Source: Pristiophorus japonicus
Taxonomy: Eukaryota
Length of the DNA: 64,000 nt
Assembly (NCBI RefSeq): GCF_044704955.1
Contig: NC_091997.1
Span: 558,001-622,000, forward strand
Reading direction: 5' to 3'
Shown: piece by piece, positions 13,128 to 26,454 of the stretch
How the letters are laid out: every line of letters starts with the position of its first letter
Position numbering within the stretch: position 1 is the stretch's first letter
Notes under the pieces: model-generated
What the model saw: the letters and a program-made list of their open reading frames with translations, nothing else
What the model was told of the DNA's origin: nothing
Database searches by the model: none
Made by a program: the position numbers and the translations under genes

Positions 13128-15261
13128 GACTAATAATCCTGACAATGTGAGTCCAAATCCCACTAATGTCAGGTTGAGAATTCAAATTCAGTTCAAATAA
13201 ATCTGGGAATAAAAAACTGGTATCAGTGCAAGTGAGCATGAAGCTGTCAGATTGTTGTTAAACCCCAGGTATGAAATCTGCCGTCCTTACCCAGTCTGCC
13301 TACATGTGACTCCAGTCCCATGCCAACTTTAACTGCCCTCTGAAGTGGCCTAGCAAGCTACTCAGTTGTCGGAACCGGCCCACCACCACCTTCTGAGGGC
13401 AAATAGGAATGGACAATAAATGCCAGCCTTGCCAGCGATGCCCACATGCCAAGAATAAATAAAAATAAAATGTTGTTTGCCCTTTGTGGAACTCGAAGCT
13501 ATAACTCACCTTTATATTCAATTGTGCCACAAAATGCATCAACATGGACAGAAAATAAAACATTTCCTCGCACTTTACTCAACAAAGCGAAACAAAAATT
13601 GTCTCAATCTCTCGCTGTATCTTCTAAATCCAAGAGATTGCAATTAACTGGAGATTGCAATTAACTGACTAGTTCTTAGAAAATCGTTAACCTTTTAAAT
13701 ATGCCACCTCTCACCGCTGAACAATTTTACCTGATTAGTGGTCTCAGACACCAGAACTGTGTCCCGCTCAATTGCCACAGGCAACAGGTAGGAATTCATG
13801 CTTCAATCCACGCACAAAAAAATGTTATCACTTGATGCAACACTCCCAAAACTTTAATGGTTGTTTTTTTTTAGCGAATAGTTTGTAGTTCTTATGGGTG
13901 CAATATAAATTTAGGGTCAGTGCGAAGTGATTTTGCTTTTGCCCAGAACGTTACATTTATATAGCGTGTACATCAGCTATCCGGATCCAAACGTGGCTCT
14001 GAAAAAAGCAGGGAATCGCAACTCCGCTAACTACACCCGATATTAGATCGGATCCTGACTTTGGATTCAGACTGCATTTACAATGTTAAAACATGGAGCT
14101 GGTCAATAAACATGGCCCCAGGTTACACAATGCAAAACCGCCTTAGGAATGGGGCCGAATCTTTCATCAACTGCACAGTGACCCGACTTAGCCTGGGCTT
14201 CAGAAATGACAACCTCATAATGTGAGGGTATGGAGAGAGGGGGTTGCCCGAGGTTGGGGCGCGGTCCCATTTCCAAGGTATTAATTAGGGGGAGCACTGG
14301 CCTGCTTCTGACCTATTGCACTTGCATCTGGACAATCCCATTCTTGATCAAGATTTAACATTCAAATTCCTATCCGGACCACAATGTTCCGACCTATGTC
14401 TCACATCTCGTTCCCTCTCACAGACACGCACACACAATCTCCTTGGCAAGCGAATCGTGTTAGGATCCATCTGCACCTACACGGTCGGAGGTGAGGGTTT
14501 GATGTGGTCAATGAACGGAAACGGTTGTGAATGCCCGTCTTAGTACAAAGATAGAAGATCTGTACATTCGAGCAATGCAGCACTTGGTGATGAGATACCA
14601 ACTCAGCCTTTTGCTTCGTGTGTGCTGTTAGTTCCTGGGTCATAGGTAAGGTCTGAGGGACCACTGGTCCAGGAGCTAAGACATGCAGTTGCAGTTTGGG
14701 GACGGGATTCCCAACGGGGATGAAAAGTTAAGATCTGCATTTATATCGGGTCCTATTAACTCGCTCGGGAAAGCCTCACGGCGCTTACCCATACAGGGAA
14801 TTACATTGAATTGCGCTGACTGTTGTATCAGCAGGCTCCTAGCTTGGCATAAATAGTCTCCAGTTAAATGTCAATCGCTGCAGATAGATCAACAAGTTCC
14901 TCTTTGTTATTTTTCTGAATTGTATGTGCTTTATTTTCTGACCTCTTATCGACACAAACTGAAATGTGGAATTCTCTGCAAACCACATTGCTCTTCTAAA
15001 GTGTATTTTTAAAAATGTTTGCAATGAACCTGCGATTTCCCTCCGTTCGGTTCGATCTGGTTCATTTCCACATTCCAACCTACTCAACTGCGTGCTTTCC
15101 GCGCTGTGCACGACCATAAATCTGTCAAAGGTCTCCGCTTTTAAAGGCGAAGTGCTTCTGTAATTGCAGACCAGTGGGTTGTACAGAGGACATCTGCAGC
15201 TTCTGGGCATCGGAACAGCCTCAGTTCTGCCCATTGGCTGTAAACACACTGTATAAATGCG

Positions 15262-15990
15262 AGTGTGTGTTGGGGGGGGGGGGGGGGGCTGTGTGTGGTG
15301 GTGGGGGGGAATTGGTGTGTGTTGGGGGAGAGGTTTATGTGTTGGGGGGAGGTTTGTGTGTTGGGGGGGTGCTGTGTGTGTTGGGGGGAGTTTATGTGTG
15401 TTGGGGTAGTGTTGGGGGGAGGTTTGTGTGTGTTGGGGGGTCTGTGTGTGCTGGGAGGTAGGTTTGTGTGTTGGGGGGCGGGTGTTGGGGGGGTGTTGTG
15501 TGTGTTGGAGGGAGGTTTGTAGGTGTTGGAGGGAGGTTTGTATGTGTTGGGGGAGGAGGTTTGTATGTGTTAGGGGAGGAGGCTTGTATGTGTTGGGAGA
15601 GGAGGTTTGTATGTGTTGGGGGAGGAGGTTTGTATGTGTTAGGGGAAGGTTTGTGTGTGTTGGGGGGAGGTTTGTGTGTGTTGGGGGGAGGTTTGTGTGT
15701 GTTGGGGGGAGGTTTGTATGTGTTGGGGGGAGGTTTGTATGTGTTGGGGGGAGGTTTGTGTGTGTTGGGGTAAGGTTTGTATGTGTTAGGGGGAGGTTTG
15801 TGTGTGTTTGGGGAGGTTTGTATGTGTTGGGGGGAGGTTTGTATGTGTTGGGTGAGGAGGTTGTATGTGTTGGGGGAGGAGGTTTGTATGTGTTGGGGGA
15901 GGAGGTTTGTATATGTTGGGGGTCTATGTGTGTTGGGGGGAGGTTTGTGTGTGTTGGGAGGGAGGGAGAGGTTTGTGTGTGTTAGGGGAA
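15262..15990 (+). repeat. G/T-rich minisatellite, ~20-bp unit GGGGGGAGGTTTGTRTGTGTT
   Basis: Tandem array seen directly; almost no C on the + strand. Confidence 0.95.
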
Positions 15991-16790
15991 TGGTGGTTGC
16001 ATCCGTGGGGTACTATTGAAATTTTAGGGATTGGTTTGGAGTTTTTAGCCAAGAATGAGAATTTATGATCTGGTGAGATTTGTTGGGAGCTTCAGCTACA
16101 GGTTAATAGTGAATCAAATCTAACATTAAAAATAATGTGACAGATTCTGTGAGCAAACCTTAAACTTAAAATGAGGCGAGGGATTTAAATAACCCCAACC
16201 TTAACTCTAAAATGCTGCAATCTTTCCTACATGTCTTAATACTGAAATAATGCGACAGATTTTCTTGCTCTCAAAAATATTGCTGCAGTTTCTGCTCGCC
16301 CTCACAGTCAAATGCTGCAGCAGGTTCATAGAAACATACAGCCACAGAAGCAGGCCATTCAGCCCATCATGCCTGTGCTGCTCTTTGAAAGAGTTATCCA
16401 ATTAGTTACACTACCCTGCTGTTTCTCCATAGTCCTGCATTTTTGTTTCCTTTTCTAGTATTTATCCATATCCCTTTTGAGTGTTACGATTGAATTTGCT
16501 TCCACTACCCTTTCAGGCAGTGCATTCCCGATCACAACTCACTGCACAACAAAATTGCATTGCCTCTCCCCTCTGATTCTTTTGTTAATTATCTTAAACC
16601 TGTGCCCTTTGGTTACCAACCCTCCTGCCAGTGGAAACAATTTCTCCTGATCAAAGCTCCTCATAATTTTGAATACATCTCTTAAATCTCCCTTTAAATT
16701 CTGCTAACTCCCTGGCAACAGTTGTATTGTGTCTGCTAAATTTAAACATAAACGAGGCAAGTCTTTCTGTTAACCCGAATCATAATATTA

Positions 16791-16925
16791 ATGTGTGTCA
16801 ATGTGTGTCAGTGGGTGTGCCTGTGTCTATGTTAGTGTGTATGTCAGTGTTTGTGTGTGTCAGTGTGTATGAGACAGTGTCAGTGTGTGTGTCAATAGGT
16901 GTGTCAGTGTGTGTGTCAGTGTGTC
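16791..16925 (+). repeat. (GT)n/GTCAGT compound microsatellite, resuming at about 18130-18157 after an L2 insert
   Basis: Seen directly. Confidence 0.85.
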
Positions 16926-18132
16926 TGCAGCCTTTGACACAGTTGACCACTCTATCCTTCTCCAATGCCACTCCATTGTCATCCAGCTGGGTGGGACTGC
17001 ACTCGCCTGGTTCCATTCTTATCTATCTAATCGTAGCCAGAGAATCACCTGCAACGGCTTCTCTTTCCGCCCCCATCATTACCTCTGGTGTTCCCCAAGG
17101 ATCTATCCTTGGCCCTTCGTATTTATCATCTTCATGTTGCCCCTTGGCGACATCATCCGGAAACACAGCATCAGTTTCCACTTGTACACTGATGACACCC
17201 AGCTCTACCTCACTACCACTTCTCTCGACCCCTCCACAGTCTCTAAATTGACAGACTGCTTGTCCGACATCCAGTTCTGAACGAGCAGAAATGTTCTAAA
17301 ATTGAATATTAAGACCGAAGCCATTGTTTTTGGTCCCCGCCACCAATTCCATTCCCGAGCCACTGACTCCCAACTCCTGTCTGAGGCTGAACCAGTCTGT
17401 TTGCAACCTTGGTGTCATATTTGACCTTGAAATTAGCTTTCTACCACATATCCGCAGCATAACTGAGACCGCCTTTTTCCACCTCCGTCAAATCACCCAT
17501 TTCCACTCTTGTCTCAGCTCATCCGCTGCTGAAGCCCTCATCCATGCCTTTGGTATCTCTAGACTTGACTATTCCAGTGCACTCCTGGCTGGCCTCCCAC
17601 ATTCTTCCCTATGTAAACTAGAGGTGATCCAAAACTTGGCTGCCCGTGTCCTAACTTGTACCAAGTCCCACTCACCCGTCACCACTGTGCTCGCTGACCT
17701 GCATTGACTTCTGATTAAGTAACACCTCGATTTCAAAATTCTCATCCTTATTTTCAAATCCCTCCATGACCTCGCCCCTCCCTATCTCTGTAATCTCCTC
17801 CAGCCCCACAACCCCCCAAGATATCTGCACTCCTGTAATTCTGCCCTCCTGAGCATCCCTGATTATAATTGCTCATCCATTGGTGGCAGTGTCTTCTGTT
17901 GCTTAGGCCGCAAGCTCTGTAACTCCCTGCCGAAACCTCACAGCCTCTCTACTTCTCTTTCCTCCTTCAAGACGCTCCTTAAAACATAACTCTTTGACTA
18001 AGCTTTTGGTCACCTGCGCTAATTTCTACTTATGCGACTCGGTGTCAAATTTTTATCTCATAATACTCCTGTGAAGAGCCTTGGGACATTTCACTATGTT
18101 AAAGGAGCTATATAAATACAAGTTGTTGTTGT
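16922..18132 (+). mobile_element. L2-clade LINE 3' fragment
   Basis: SAAFDTVDH, GVPQGSILGP, YTDDTQLY, SRLDY and a (TTG)n tail. Related fragments at 10550-10850(-), 24140-25190, 35639-36370, 42440-42950, 46720-46915(-) and 52300-52676. Confidence 0.9.
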
Positions 18133-18734
18133 GTGTGTATCAATGGGTGTGTCAATGCCCACTCTGGTTAATTGTCTGAATGATATTCTCTTCTTTATGC
18201 TCCCACTCCTATAGACACTGTTCAATATTAATATTTTCAGAACTTATCAATAGAATATATTACCTGTAGCCCGTAATATCAGTAAGATGTGAGCTCACAT
18301 CGGTTTGATAGCCAATGTAACCCACAAATGTGATCCAATTATAGTTGTCCAAGCAGAAAATATATATTTCAGAACATCTAAACATAATATTTTTATGGAT
18401 TCGCTCCCGTGGCGTGTGCAAAATGTGATGGTAGGAGCAGTTTTAGTATTTGAAAATCATTCTAACAAATCTGCAGAGATTAACGTGAAATGGATTGACA
18501 CTGACCACTGAAATATGCCTTGGTGAAAAATAAGGATTTAAACCGGAGTTACACATATCACCAATATTGTACCAGTAACTGACCAAAGGCCCGATTGAAA
18601 TTGACATTGGATTGTCTAGAACCAATTTATATTTGAATAACTATTAATTATAAAATATAATCAAAAATGCAATTATTTTGTTGTTGTCAACACAATCCAT
18701 TACAGATTTGCTGTTTTAAACAATTTACCCATTT

Positions 18735-19195
18735 CATCATCATCATCATAGGCAGTCCCTCGGAATCGAGGAAGACTTGCTTCCACTCTTAACATGAGTT
18801 CTTAGGTGGCTGAACAGTCCAATACGAGAGCCACAGTCTCTGTCACTGGTGGGACAGATAGTCGTTGAGGGAAGGGGAGGGTGGGACTGGTTTGCTGCAC
18901 GCTCTTTCCGCTGCCTGCGCTTGGTTTCTGCATGCTCTCGGCGATGAGACTCGAGGTGCTCAGCGCCCTCCCGGATGCAGTTCCTTCACTTAGGGCAGTC
19001 TTTGGCCAGGGACTCCCAGGTGTCAGTGGAGATGTTGCACTTTATCTGGGAGGCTTTGAGGGTGTCCCAATAATGTTTCCTCTGCCCACCTTTGGCTCGT
19101 TTACCGTGAAGGAGTTGCGAGTAGAGCGCTTGCTTTGGGAGTCTCGTGTCTGGCATGCGGACAATGTGGCCTGCCCAGCGGAGCTGATCACTTGA
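18735..19195 (-). mobile_element. RTE LINE 3' fragment
   Basis: QLRWAGHIVRMPDTRLPKQ and a (CAT)n tail on the + strand. Confidence 0.9.
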
Positions 19196-19279
19196 TTTAC
19201 TTGAAATATAACACTCGGCCAATTCATTGCAGTAACTGGCATTGGTTGCATTACGATATCCGTCCGGTAAATATTTTAT

Positions 19280-20030
19280 TACTAATACTTGAGATTAGGT
19301 GTTGCTGGCAAGGCCCATCCCTAGTTGCCCTTGAGAAGATAGTGGTGTACCTACCTCTTGATTCGCTGGTAGTGGTTTTAATATATCTGAATGGTATGCG
19401 AGGCCACTTCAGAAGGCAGTTCAGAGTCAACCAGGTTGGTGTGGGGCTGGAGTCACATATAGATCAGTAAGGACGTAGGCTTCCTTCCCTAAAGGACATT
19501 AGTGAATCCGTTGGGTTTTTAGACAATCAGACAGTTTCATGGCCACTTTTACTGATACCAGCCTTAATTTTTCCAGATTTTTAAAACTGAATTTAAACTC
19601 TCAAACTTCTATGGTGGAATTTGTGTTCACTCTCTGGATTATTAGTCCAGTCATGTATATTTTGGATGTGGGTGCCATTGGCAAGGCCGGCATATATTGC
19701 CCATCCCTCATTGCCCTTGAGAAGGTGGCCTTCTTGAACCACTGCAGTCCATGAGGTGAAGATTTTCCTAGCAGTTTGATACAAACGAGTAGCTTGCTGG
19801 GCCATTTCAGAGGGCAGTTAAGAGTCAACCCCATTGCTGTGGGTCTGGAGTCCCATATAGGCCAGACTGGGTCAGGGCGGCAGATTTCCTTCCCAAAAGG
19901 ACATTAGTGAACCAGATCGGTTTTGTAGTCACTGGTCACCATTACTGATACTAGCTTTTTATTTCAGGTCTATTTAATTAACTGAATTCAAATTCAGAAA
20001 CTGCCATGGTGGGATTTGAACTCATGTAAC
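19280..20030 (-). mobile_element. Two tandem copies of a second SINE family that shares its 3' tail with the 54-kb LINE
   Basis: Repeated core (gggcagttaagagtcaacc...ccttccctaaaggacattagtgaacc). Further copies at about 13130-13470, 39965-40375 and 61785-62005. Confidence 0.75.
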
Positions 20031-20999
20031 AGCCAATAACAACTTACATTTATATAGCGCCTTTAACTACTAAAACATTCCAAGGGTAATTATCAACCAA
20101 AATTGGCATCGAGCCTTATAAAGAGATATTAGGACAGGTCAAAGAGGTAAATTTTAAGAAACGACTTGAAGGAGGAGAGATGGAGAGGTTTTGGAGGAAA
20201 ATGCACTACCTTACTGTACCTTGAAACGGACTACAGCCTATTATCTGATATTTTCTAAACTCCATATTATTTCCTGGGACTCTGCTATCATTACTTTATG
20301 TATTTCAGTGAAATTTGTTTTGTAAAAGTTTAGATACAAAGACCTACCGCAATTCTTTGTTATCCCAATCGTTTATTCCGGTCTTTATCCCGATATGAGA
20401 TGTTCAGCAAAGGACGTTCATTCTGAAAATGTGTTCTTTAAATTCGGGTCACAGAAGGACAATATGCCTCTATTGTGTGTTGAATGCTTTTGCGGGAGTC
20501 TCTCGCAGAAAAGGACAATGAGATTATTGTTAATCGTCACCTTTATTGATAAACCTAGAATATTAATCAGGAATTAGCATTGGAAACCAGCTTCAGAAGC
20601 TGTTGAGAGCTTAACTGGTGAATTCTGTTGTTACAGCATGGATCAATAATGACACCCGAGCAGAATTTGTGTTTGGTAATAATTGGTCATAAATCTGGAT
20701 TCAGGATGAGTTTGCGAATTTATTCTGAAAGGTGCGGCTTAACTTTTTTCGTCCGAACATCTGTTTGGTTTTGTATTGAGAACAGATGTCTCCACGGACA
20801 ACTTCGTGAATGTAAAACATAAAATTGTCCAGTCGGAATTATGTGTCCATAAAACCTTTTTGAAAGTATTTTGAAAAGTCTCAGTTCCTGATCAGTAATT
20901 TTTAATCGTTTCTCTGATGAGGCATTTATTCACAACGTGTGCACGGGTGTATTTTCTTTACTACATACACACTTCTTGTTTTTGACGAGATCTGCAGAA

Positions 21000-21420
21000 T
21001 TGAACTTGCATTTATATCGCGCTTTTTACGACCACTGGATGTCTCAAAGCGCTTTACAGGCAATGAAGTATATATTTTTGGAGTATAATCATGGTTGTAA
21101 TGTGGGAAGCTGCGACAGCCAATATGCGCACAGCAAGCTCCTACAAACAGCAATATGATACTGACCTGATAACCTGTTTTGTTGTGTTGATTGAGGGATA
21201 AATATTGGCCAGGACACGGGGATAACTCCTCTGCTCTTCTTCGAAATAGTGCCGTGGGATTCACCTCAGAGGGCAGACGGAGCCTCGGTTTAACGTCTTA
21301 TCTGAAAGACGGCACCTCCGACAGTGCAGCACTCCCTCAGCACTGCACTGGAGTGTCAGCCTGGATTTACGTACTCAAGTCTCTAGAGTGGGACGTGAAC
21401 CCACAATCTTCTGACTCAGT
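21000..21420 (-). mobile_element. Deu-domain SINE
   Basis: Reverse complement of the 11015-11475 family. Other copies at 1-75, 21920-22060, 38500-38880, 43550-43910, 48150-48600 and 50977-51430. Confidence 0.8.
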
Positions 21421-22349
21421 GCAGCATTCCCCAAGAGGGGAGGTAGGGATAGGGAGGAATGTAATAAAGAGCAAAACCCTGCTTTTATATTCTCTTCACA
21501 AACAGGTTCTCCAAACTACACCTAACTCCCACTGGGAAGACAAAAATAAACGTTTCTAATCCCCGGTAACGCCCCTATTGAGGAACGTGAAAGGGATTTA
21601 GAAGATCACACAAATACTTTTACTCAGATCTAAACCAAATTAGCACGGATGGCGCAAGCCGGAAAGTACAAGCAAGGAGAGAGCGGGTAAAGCTTTTGTC
21701 AGCTATTCCTTCTCAAGTGATTGGCTTGCTCCTTGAAGTTTCTTAAATAGATCGGTGCCCTTGTTCAGTATAAGGACTATTTGAACTAAATGCACGAAGG
21801 ATTATTAAAGGGGTCGTTTCAATTTAATATGTGCACAATGGAATGTCCTGCTTGAAGTATCCAGTTAGTCCTCTGCCTTCCTGTATCCATCGTCCTGTTT
21901 GTGTTATCCACTGTAAACCATGTCTGCTCTCTCAGGTGGACGTAAAATATCCCATGGCACTACTTTGAAGAAGAGCAAGAGAGTTATGCCCGGTGTCCTG
22001 GCCAATATTTATCCCTCAATCAACGTAACAAAAAACAGATTATCTGGTCATTATCATAACAACTCGGGTATGATATAGCAATTCGGCATCAGTCGCAAAG
22101 ATTATGATCTGTTCTCACATATTTTCTTAAAATATCCCTCAAACTCTGATTTTAGAAGTCCTGCTCATTTATTTTGCTCACCTGTCATTTTGCGTAATCA
22201 TCTTGTACCTTAAACATTTTATCTAAACACATATTTAACATCCTTCGCAGTTACTCTATAATTCTCTGTCGAGAAAATGAGCAACAGACTGCAGCGCTAA
22301 TATCTGAAATATCGTCGTGTTGCTTGAGGACAGAAACGGCCTTGACCAC

Positions 22350-23320
22350 AATGTACCCAACACTCTCCCCGTGTATTCAACCCTCCCTCCCCCCCAGGTA
22401 CCCAACCCGCCTGTGTACCCAACACTCTCCCCGTGTACACAACACTCTCTCCTATGTACCGAACACTGCCCCGTGTACCCAACACTATCCGTGTATACCC
22501 AACACTGCCCCTGTGTAACCAACACCCCCCCACCCCCTGTACCTAACACTGCCCGCGTGTACCCAACACTCCCCCCCTGCCCATGTACCCAACACTCTCC
22601 CCCTGTGTACCCAACACTGCCCCCGTATACCCAACACTGCCCCCCGTGTACACAACACTGCCCCCCGTATACCCAACACTGCCCCCATGTATCCAACACT
22701 TCCTCTGTATACCCAACACTGCCCCCATGTACCCAACACTCCCTCCCGTGTACCCAACACTGTCCCCATGTACCCAACACTCCCTCCCGTGTACCCAACA
22801 CTGCCCCCATGTACCCAACACTGTCCCCATGTACCCAACACTCCCTCCCGTGTACCCAACACTGCCCCCATGTACCCAACACTCCCTCCCGTGTACCCAA
22901 CACTGCCCCCATGTTCCCAACGCTCCCCCCATATAACCAACACTCTCCCCGTGTACCTAACACTGCCCCCATGTACCCAACACTCCCCTCCCCCCATGTA
23001 CCCAACACTCCCCCCCCCCGTGTACCCAATACTCCCACCCCCCCCGGACTCAATACTCACCCCCACCGTGCACTCAACACTTCCCCTCTCATTGTACCCA
23101 ACACTCCCGGTGTACCCAACACTGCCCCCCCCCGTACCCAACACGCCCCTCCCCCCATGTACCCAACACTTCCCCCCCCCTTGTACCCAACACTCCCGGT
23201 GTACCCAACACTGCCCCCCCCCCCATGAGCCCAACACCGTCCCGTCTACTCAACACCCCGTGTACCCAAAACCGCACTCCCCCGTACCTAACAATCCAAC
23301 GGGTACCCAACATTCTCCCG
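22350..23320 (-). repeat. C-rich (G-rich on minus) minisatellite, ~20-bp unit GTACCCAACACTGCCCCCAT
   Basis: Tandem array seen directly; it explains the long repetitive ORFs in all frames. Confidence 0.95.
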
Positions 23321-26300
23321 TTGTTTGTACCAATAATGTCACCAATTTCATTTCTTTAAATGTGGACACCTTCATCTTTTCGATCATGTCAAGTCTGAAT
23401 CATTCTCGTTGGGATTAAACTCTTAGGCAGACACTTTCAACGAATGACTTTCAAATTGTTTAAAAATCATTTGTTGGTTTTCGAGACCGGCTGTGAATCG
23501 CTGGACTTGCCCTGTCCTTGTATATTTTTGCTAAAGATTTTTTCTGATATTAACATTTTACTCTCCTCTCCCAACTTTATACACATGGGGTTCAATCGAA
23601 GCCCCAAGCATTCGGGAGAACATTGTTCAATTCTATGCTGTCTATAAAAACCTCGAACAGGATACATTCTGCATCCCATCTGCCTCTAGCCCTGAGTTGC
23701 AATGCATGATTCCCATCACACTTTAATTCGATTCGAAAAAGTTTGTGGCAAATAAATTATAAACGGAGAGTCGTTGCCTTCAGGTGTGATGGCGCATTCC
23801 TTTTTTCAGACAAATGGGTAGCTCCGTTAATGTTCCTTCACACCGCTACATTATATGGGTAGCTTCCATTATTTCTACATTAAATTTATTACCCTAGAGT
23901 TGTAAAAAAAATTCTGCTGCAAATCCGAAAAATCTGAAATCAAAACGGCAAATACACAACAGGTCAGTCAGTATCTAAAAAGCTAAAAGACAGGCCAATG
24001 TTTCGCACTCCAAATTTTAACCTGTGCTTTCTTTCTACCAATACTGAGAGATCTGCTCTGTATTGCGAGCAGTTTCTTATTTTTAAATTTTACGTTGCTA
24101 CTTGAGATAGAGAGATACATAACGGGTAGACAACAGAGCATAACTCCAATCCTGCCCCATGATTTCATTTCTGGAGTATCCCAAGGACCTCTCCTTGCCC
24201 CCACCTCTTCCTCATCTACATGCCACCCCTTAATGACCACCCACAGTCATGGGTGAGCTGATGACACCCAACTCTATCTCTACAGCACTTCCCTCGACCC
24301 GACCATTCTGTGCCGGCAGTCTGTCTGCACACATCAAGTCATCAACATTTCTTCAAACTGAACACTGGAAAAACAAAACCATGTGTCCCTAAACTCCACT
24401 CCTCTACCTCCGACTCCATCTCGCTTCGTGGCCCATTTCTCAGGCTCATGTGAAAACGTGGCATTCTGTTTCGCTCAGACCCTGCCTCCTATTCAATGCC
24501 CGCATCACCTGTCTCTATCACTACCTCAACCACTGCTTCTGAAATCCTCATCCAGGCCTTTATAATTCCTGCATTACAGTAGTGACCACACTTCAAAAGT
24601 TCATTGGCTGTAAAGCGCGTTGAGATGTCTGGTGGTCGTGAAAGGCGCTATATAAATGCAAGTCTTTCTTTCTAGACTCAATTTCCCCAAATGTCTCCCG
24701 TATCAGCCTTTCCTCCTCCACCATCACTCCAACGTGTTCAAAGCGCAGATCCTGTCCCGTCCATTATTCCTGTCTCCATTGATCCATATCGACTCCCTGA
24801 CCTCCAGCGCACTGAATTTAAAATCCTTATCCCATCTTCAAATCCCTTCACGGAATCATCTGGTCCGAATTTCCGCCACCTGCTCCTGCACCCTTTAGTC
24901 CACTGACTCCGGCCTTTCGTGCATTTCCCCTTTGGCCCACTATCGGTGATGGAAGCTTATCACTTTGGCGCTGCTCTCTGCAATTCTTCCCCTGAACTCC
25001 TCCACCTCTCCACTTCCCTCTGCGCCATTACAAAACATCTCAGTGGTTATCTGTTTTGAGCGAGCTTTAGATCAGTCCTCCGAATCCTTTCCCTCCATCT
25101 CTTTCTTTGCTCCTGTTAATTAACCCCCACCCCTTCCTCTGCAAAGTGTCTCGGAATGAGTTCCACATTAAAGGTGATAAATGAATGCACCTTGTTTTGC
25201 TGGGAGTTTTACAATATTACACAGTAGGTAGATGGATGGTGGTCTCTTCAGTGTAATTGAGTCAGATGCGATGAACTCCAAGCGTTGTAAATGATTTAGA
25301 TGAATGGTGTTCTGGGACATTGGGTGCTATCTCTTCACCATTGAACTCGGATCAATCATTCGTTTGGCGGGTTCAAAGAAGGCAGGAGCCAACATGTTGG
25401 GTCAAGCAAAGTCAGGTCAGATCGAGTTCACCCCCGATCCGTTTTGTACAAGAAAGGATATCCCGAGGCTGGGGAGGTTAACGGGGTTGCAAATTCCGCC
25501 CTTCAAAAGCAGTTCTTTTGAATTCCTCTTGTACTTTATTTGGCGATGTTATGCTGTACATATTTTATTGTTACTCTATCCAGACCTTCCAAAAATGAAT
25601 GAATGATAAACTCACCGACCAGCACCAATACTCCCGTGAAGTCGTTGCCTTTCTAGACAAGTTAACCGAAATCGCTGGGTGAGATCTGATTTATTGTCTA
25701 GTCGCCTGCCTCTGCATTTATGGCAAACCCGGAACCGATAACAGTATCCCGGTAGGGTCTGGAGACCCCCCTCCCCCATCCGGCCTTGGGACCGTTCTGT
25801 GTCTTGAATATTCTACAATAACAACAACTTGTGTTTATATAGCGCCTTTAACGTTGTAAAACGACTCAAGGCGCTGCTACTACTCATACTCTGTGGACTC
25901 TTGTAACTACACTTCAAAAAGTACTTCATTAGCTGTAAAGCGCTTTGAGACATCTGGTGAAAGACACTATATAAATGCAAGCTTATTTTCTTTTTATTCT
26001 TGTGGAGGGACATCGATTTAGTGCTGGAAAAAATATCATTCCAAGGAAAGAACTTGCCTTTCCGTGACCCCTTGTCCAGTCTCAGAAACATGCCAACGTT
26101 CTTTGCGGCCAATGAATTATTTCTGCAGCCTCTGTTAAAGTTTTTTTTTAAGAATCGCAGTCTGGAAACCTCTGTTACTTTGTAGTAGAAGATATCAAAT
26201 CCGTTAGCAGTCTAAGTCCTGTTTACTAAACAGATTCATGAGAGCACAAGGTGTATTGGTGGATTAAGCGGGTCCCTTTTGGAAATAGGGCGATGTCTGG

Positions 26301-26454
26301 TTTCATGGTTGTAAAATTGCATTCATAAATATTAAACACTCATCCCCCTCCCCCCACCCCCCAAAAAAATAATGGAACTGTGAAGTGTCAGGAATGTCAG
26401 TCGGAGTTCTTGGCTGGCTGTTTGCGGTTTTCTGTGAAGTTGGAGTTTGGTGTC

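Noticed and set aside
15229-15262. CCAAT plus TATAAA pair just before the minisatellite, as a promoter
   Set aside because: Matches a collapsed Deu-SINE tail (cattggctgtaaa...tataaatgcaag) that recurs many times in the window.
15174-16068. Gly/Val/Cys-rich ORFs resembling keratin-associated proteins
   Set aside because: Artefact of the G/T minisatellite.
22350-23320. CRISPR-like periodic repeat
   Set aside because: No unique spacers, no cas genes, and a eukaryotic context.
22256-23418. Long Pro/Thr- or Gly/Val-rich ORFs (up to 303 aa) on both strands
   Set aside because: They are translations of a stop-poor minisatellite that is open in most frames, with no domain or splice context.
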